The notes beneath the pieces were generated by a model. The model saw nothing but the letters and a program-made list of their open reading frames with translations. It ran no database searches and had not been told where the DNA came from. A stretch of DNA of 64,000 nt from assembly GCF_030013595.1 (NCBI RefSeq), contig NZ_CP122768.1; one strand, given 5' to 3'. Made by a program: the position numbers and the translations under genes. This stretch comes from Escherichia coli. Its GTDB lineage: Bacteria > Pseudomonadota > Gammaproteobacteria > Enterobacterales > Enterobacteriaceae. This document shows positions 62,322 through 64,000 of this stretch, in pieces. Each line of letters opens with the position of its first letter. Position 1 is the stretch's first letter.

Positions 62322-62341
<20 letters not shown>
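61292..62341 (+). CDS. truD: tRNA pseudouridine(13) synthase
   Basis: 349-aa ORF recognised as TruD. Confidence 0.9.
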
Positions 62342-63703
<1,362 letters not shown>

Positions 63704-63842
63704 AACGTGAGGAAATACCTGGATTTTTCCTGGTTATTTTGCCGCAGGTCAGCGTATCGTGAACATCTTTTCCAGTGTTCAGTATGGTGCCTTGCACGGT
63801 AATTATGTCACTGGTTATTAACCAATTTTTCCTGGGGGATAA

Positions 63843-64000
63843 ATGAGCGCGGGAAGCCCAAAATTCACCGTTCGCCGCATTGCGGCTTTGTCACTGGTTT
63901 CGCTATGGCTGGCAGGCTGTTCTGACACTTCAAATCCACCGGCCCCGGTCAGCTCCGTTAATGGCAATGCGCCTGCAAATACCAATTCTGGTATGTTGAT
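63843..64000 (+). CDS. nlpD: Lipoprotein NlpD, 5' portion (continues beyond window)
   Basis: ATG at 63843; lipoprotein signal with lipobox LAGC; ORF open to window end. Confidence 0.85.
   Translation, partial: MSAGSPKFTVRRIAALSLVSLWLAGCSDTSNPPAPVSSVNGNAPANTNSGML

Overview
This window is an Escherichia coli chromosomal segment, recognised from the translated ORFs and gene order, running rlmM (3' part), fucRUKIP/fucAO, xni, sdaBC, ppnN, queF, syd, csrB, yqcC, truC, yqcA, gudPXD, barA, rlmD, relA, mazG, pyrG, eno, ygcG, queE, CRISPR array, ygcE/yqcE, ygcWUSRQ, ygcPON, queD, cysJIH, hok-like gene plus IS186, iap, cysDNC, ygbE, ftsB, ispDF, truD, surE, pcm, nlpD (5' part). Most of it is conserved core genome. 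The most interesting candidate for an undescribed system is the ygc island (37.3-48.0 kb): it encodes a GlpP-family antiterminator homologue (ygcP), and both divergent operons in it begin with a hairpin plus U7 terminator about 23 nt upstream of the first start codon, sharing a GAGAAA(A/G)GTAA 5' arm and flanking a consensus CRP site. Other notable points: (1) an orphan type I-E CRISPR array (9 repeats, 8 spacers, one spacer-repeat unit tandemly duplicated) between queE and ygcE with no cas genes anywhere in the window; (2) the cysH-iap interval, where K-12 carries the type I-E cas operon and CRISPR-I, holds only a 50-aa Hok-family toxin gene and an IS186 copy inserted into a GC-rich palindrome just 3' of it; (3) mazEF is absent between relA and mazG; (4) ygcG carries an in-frame TAA nonsense codon. 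All calls rest on recognition of the translated sequences and motifs read by eye; no database search or folding computation was run.
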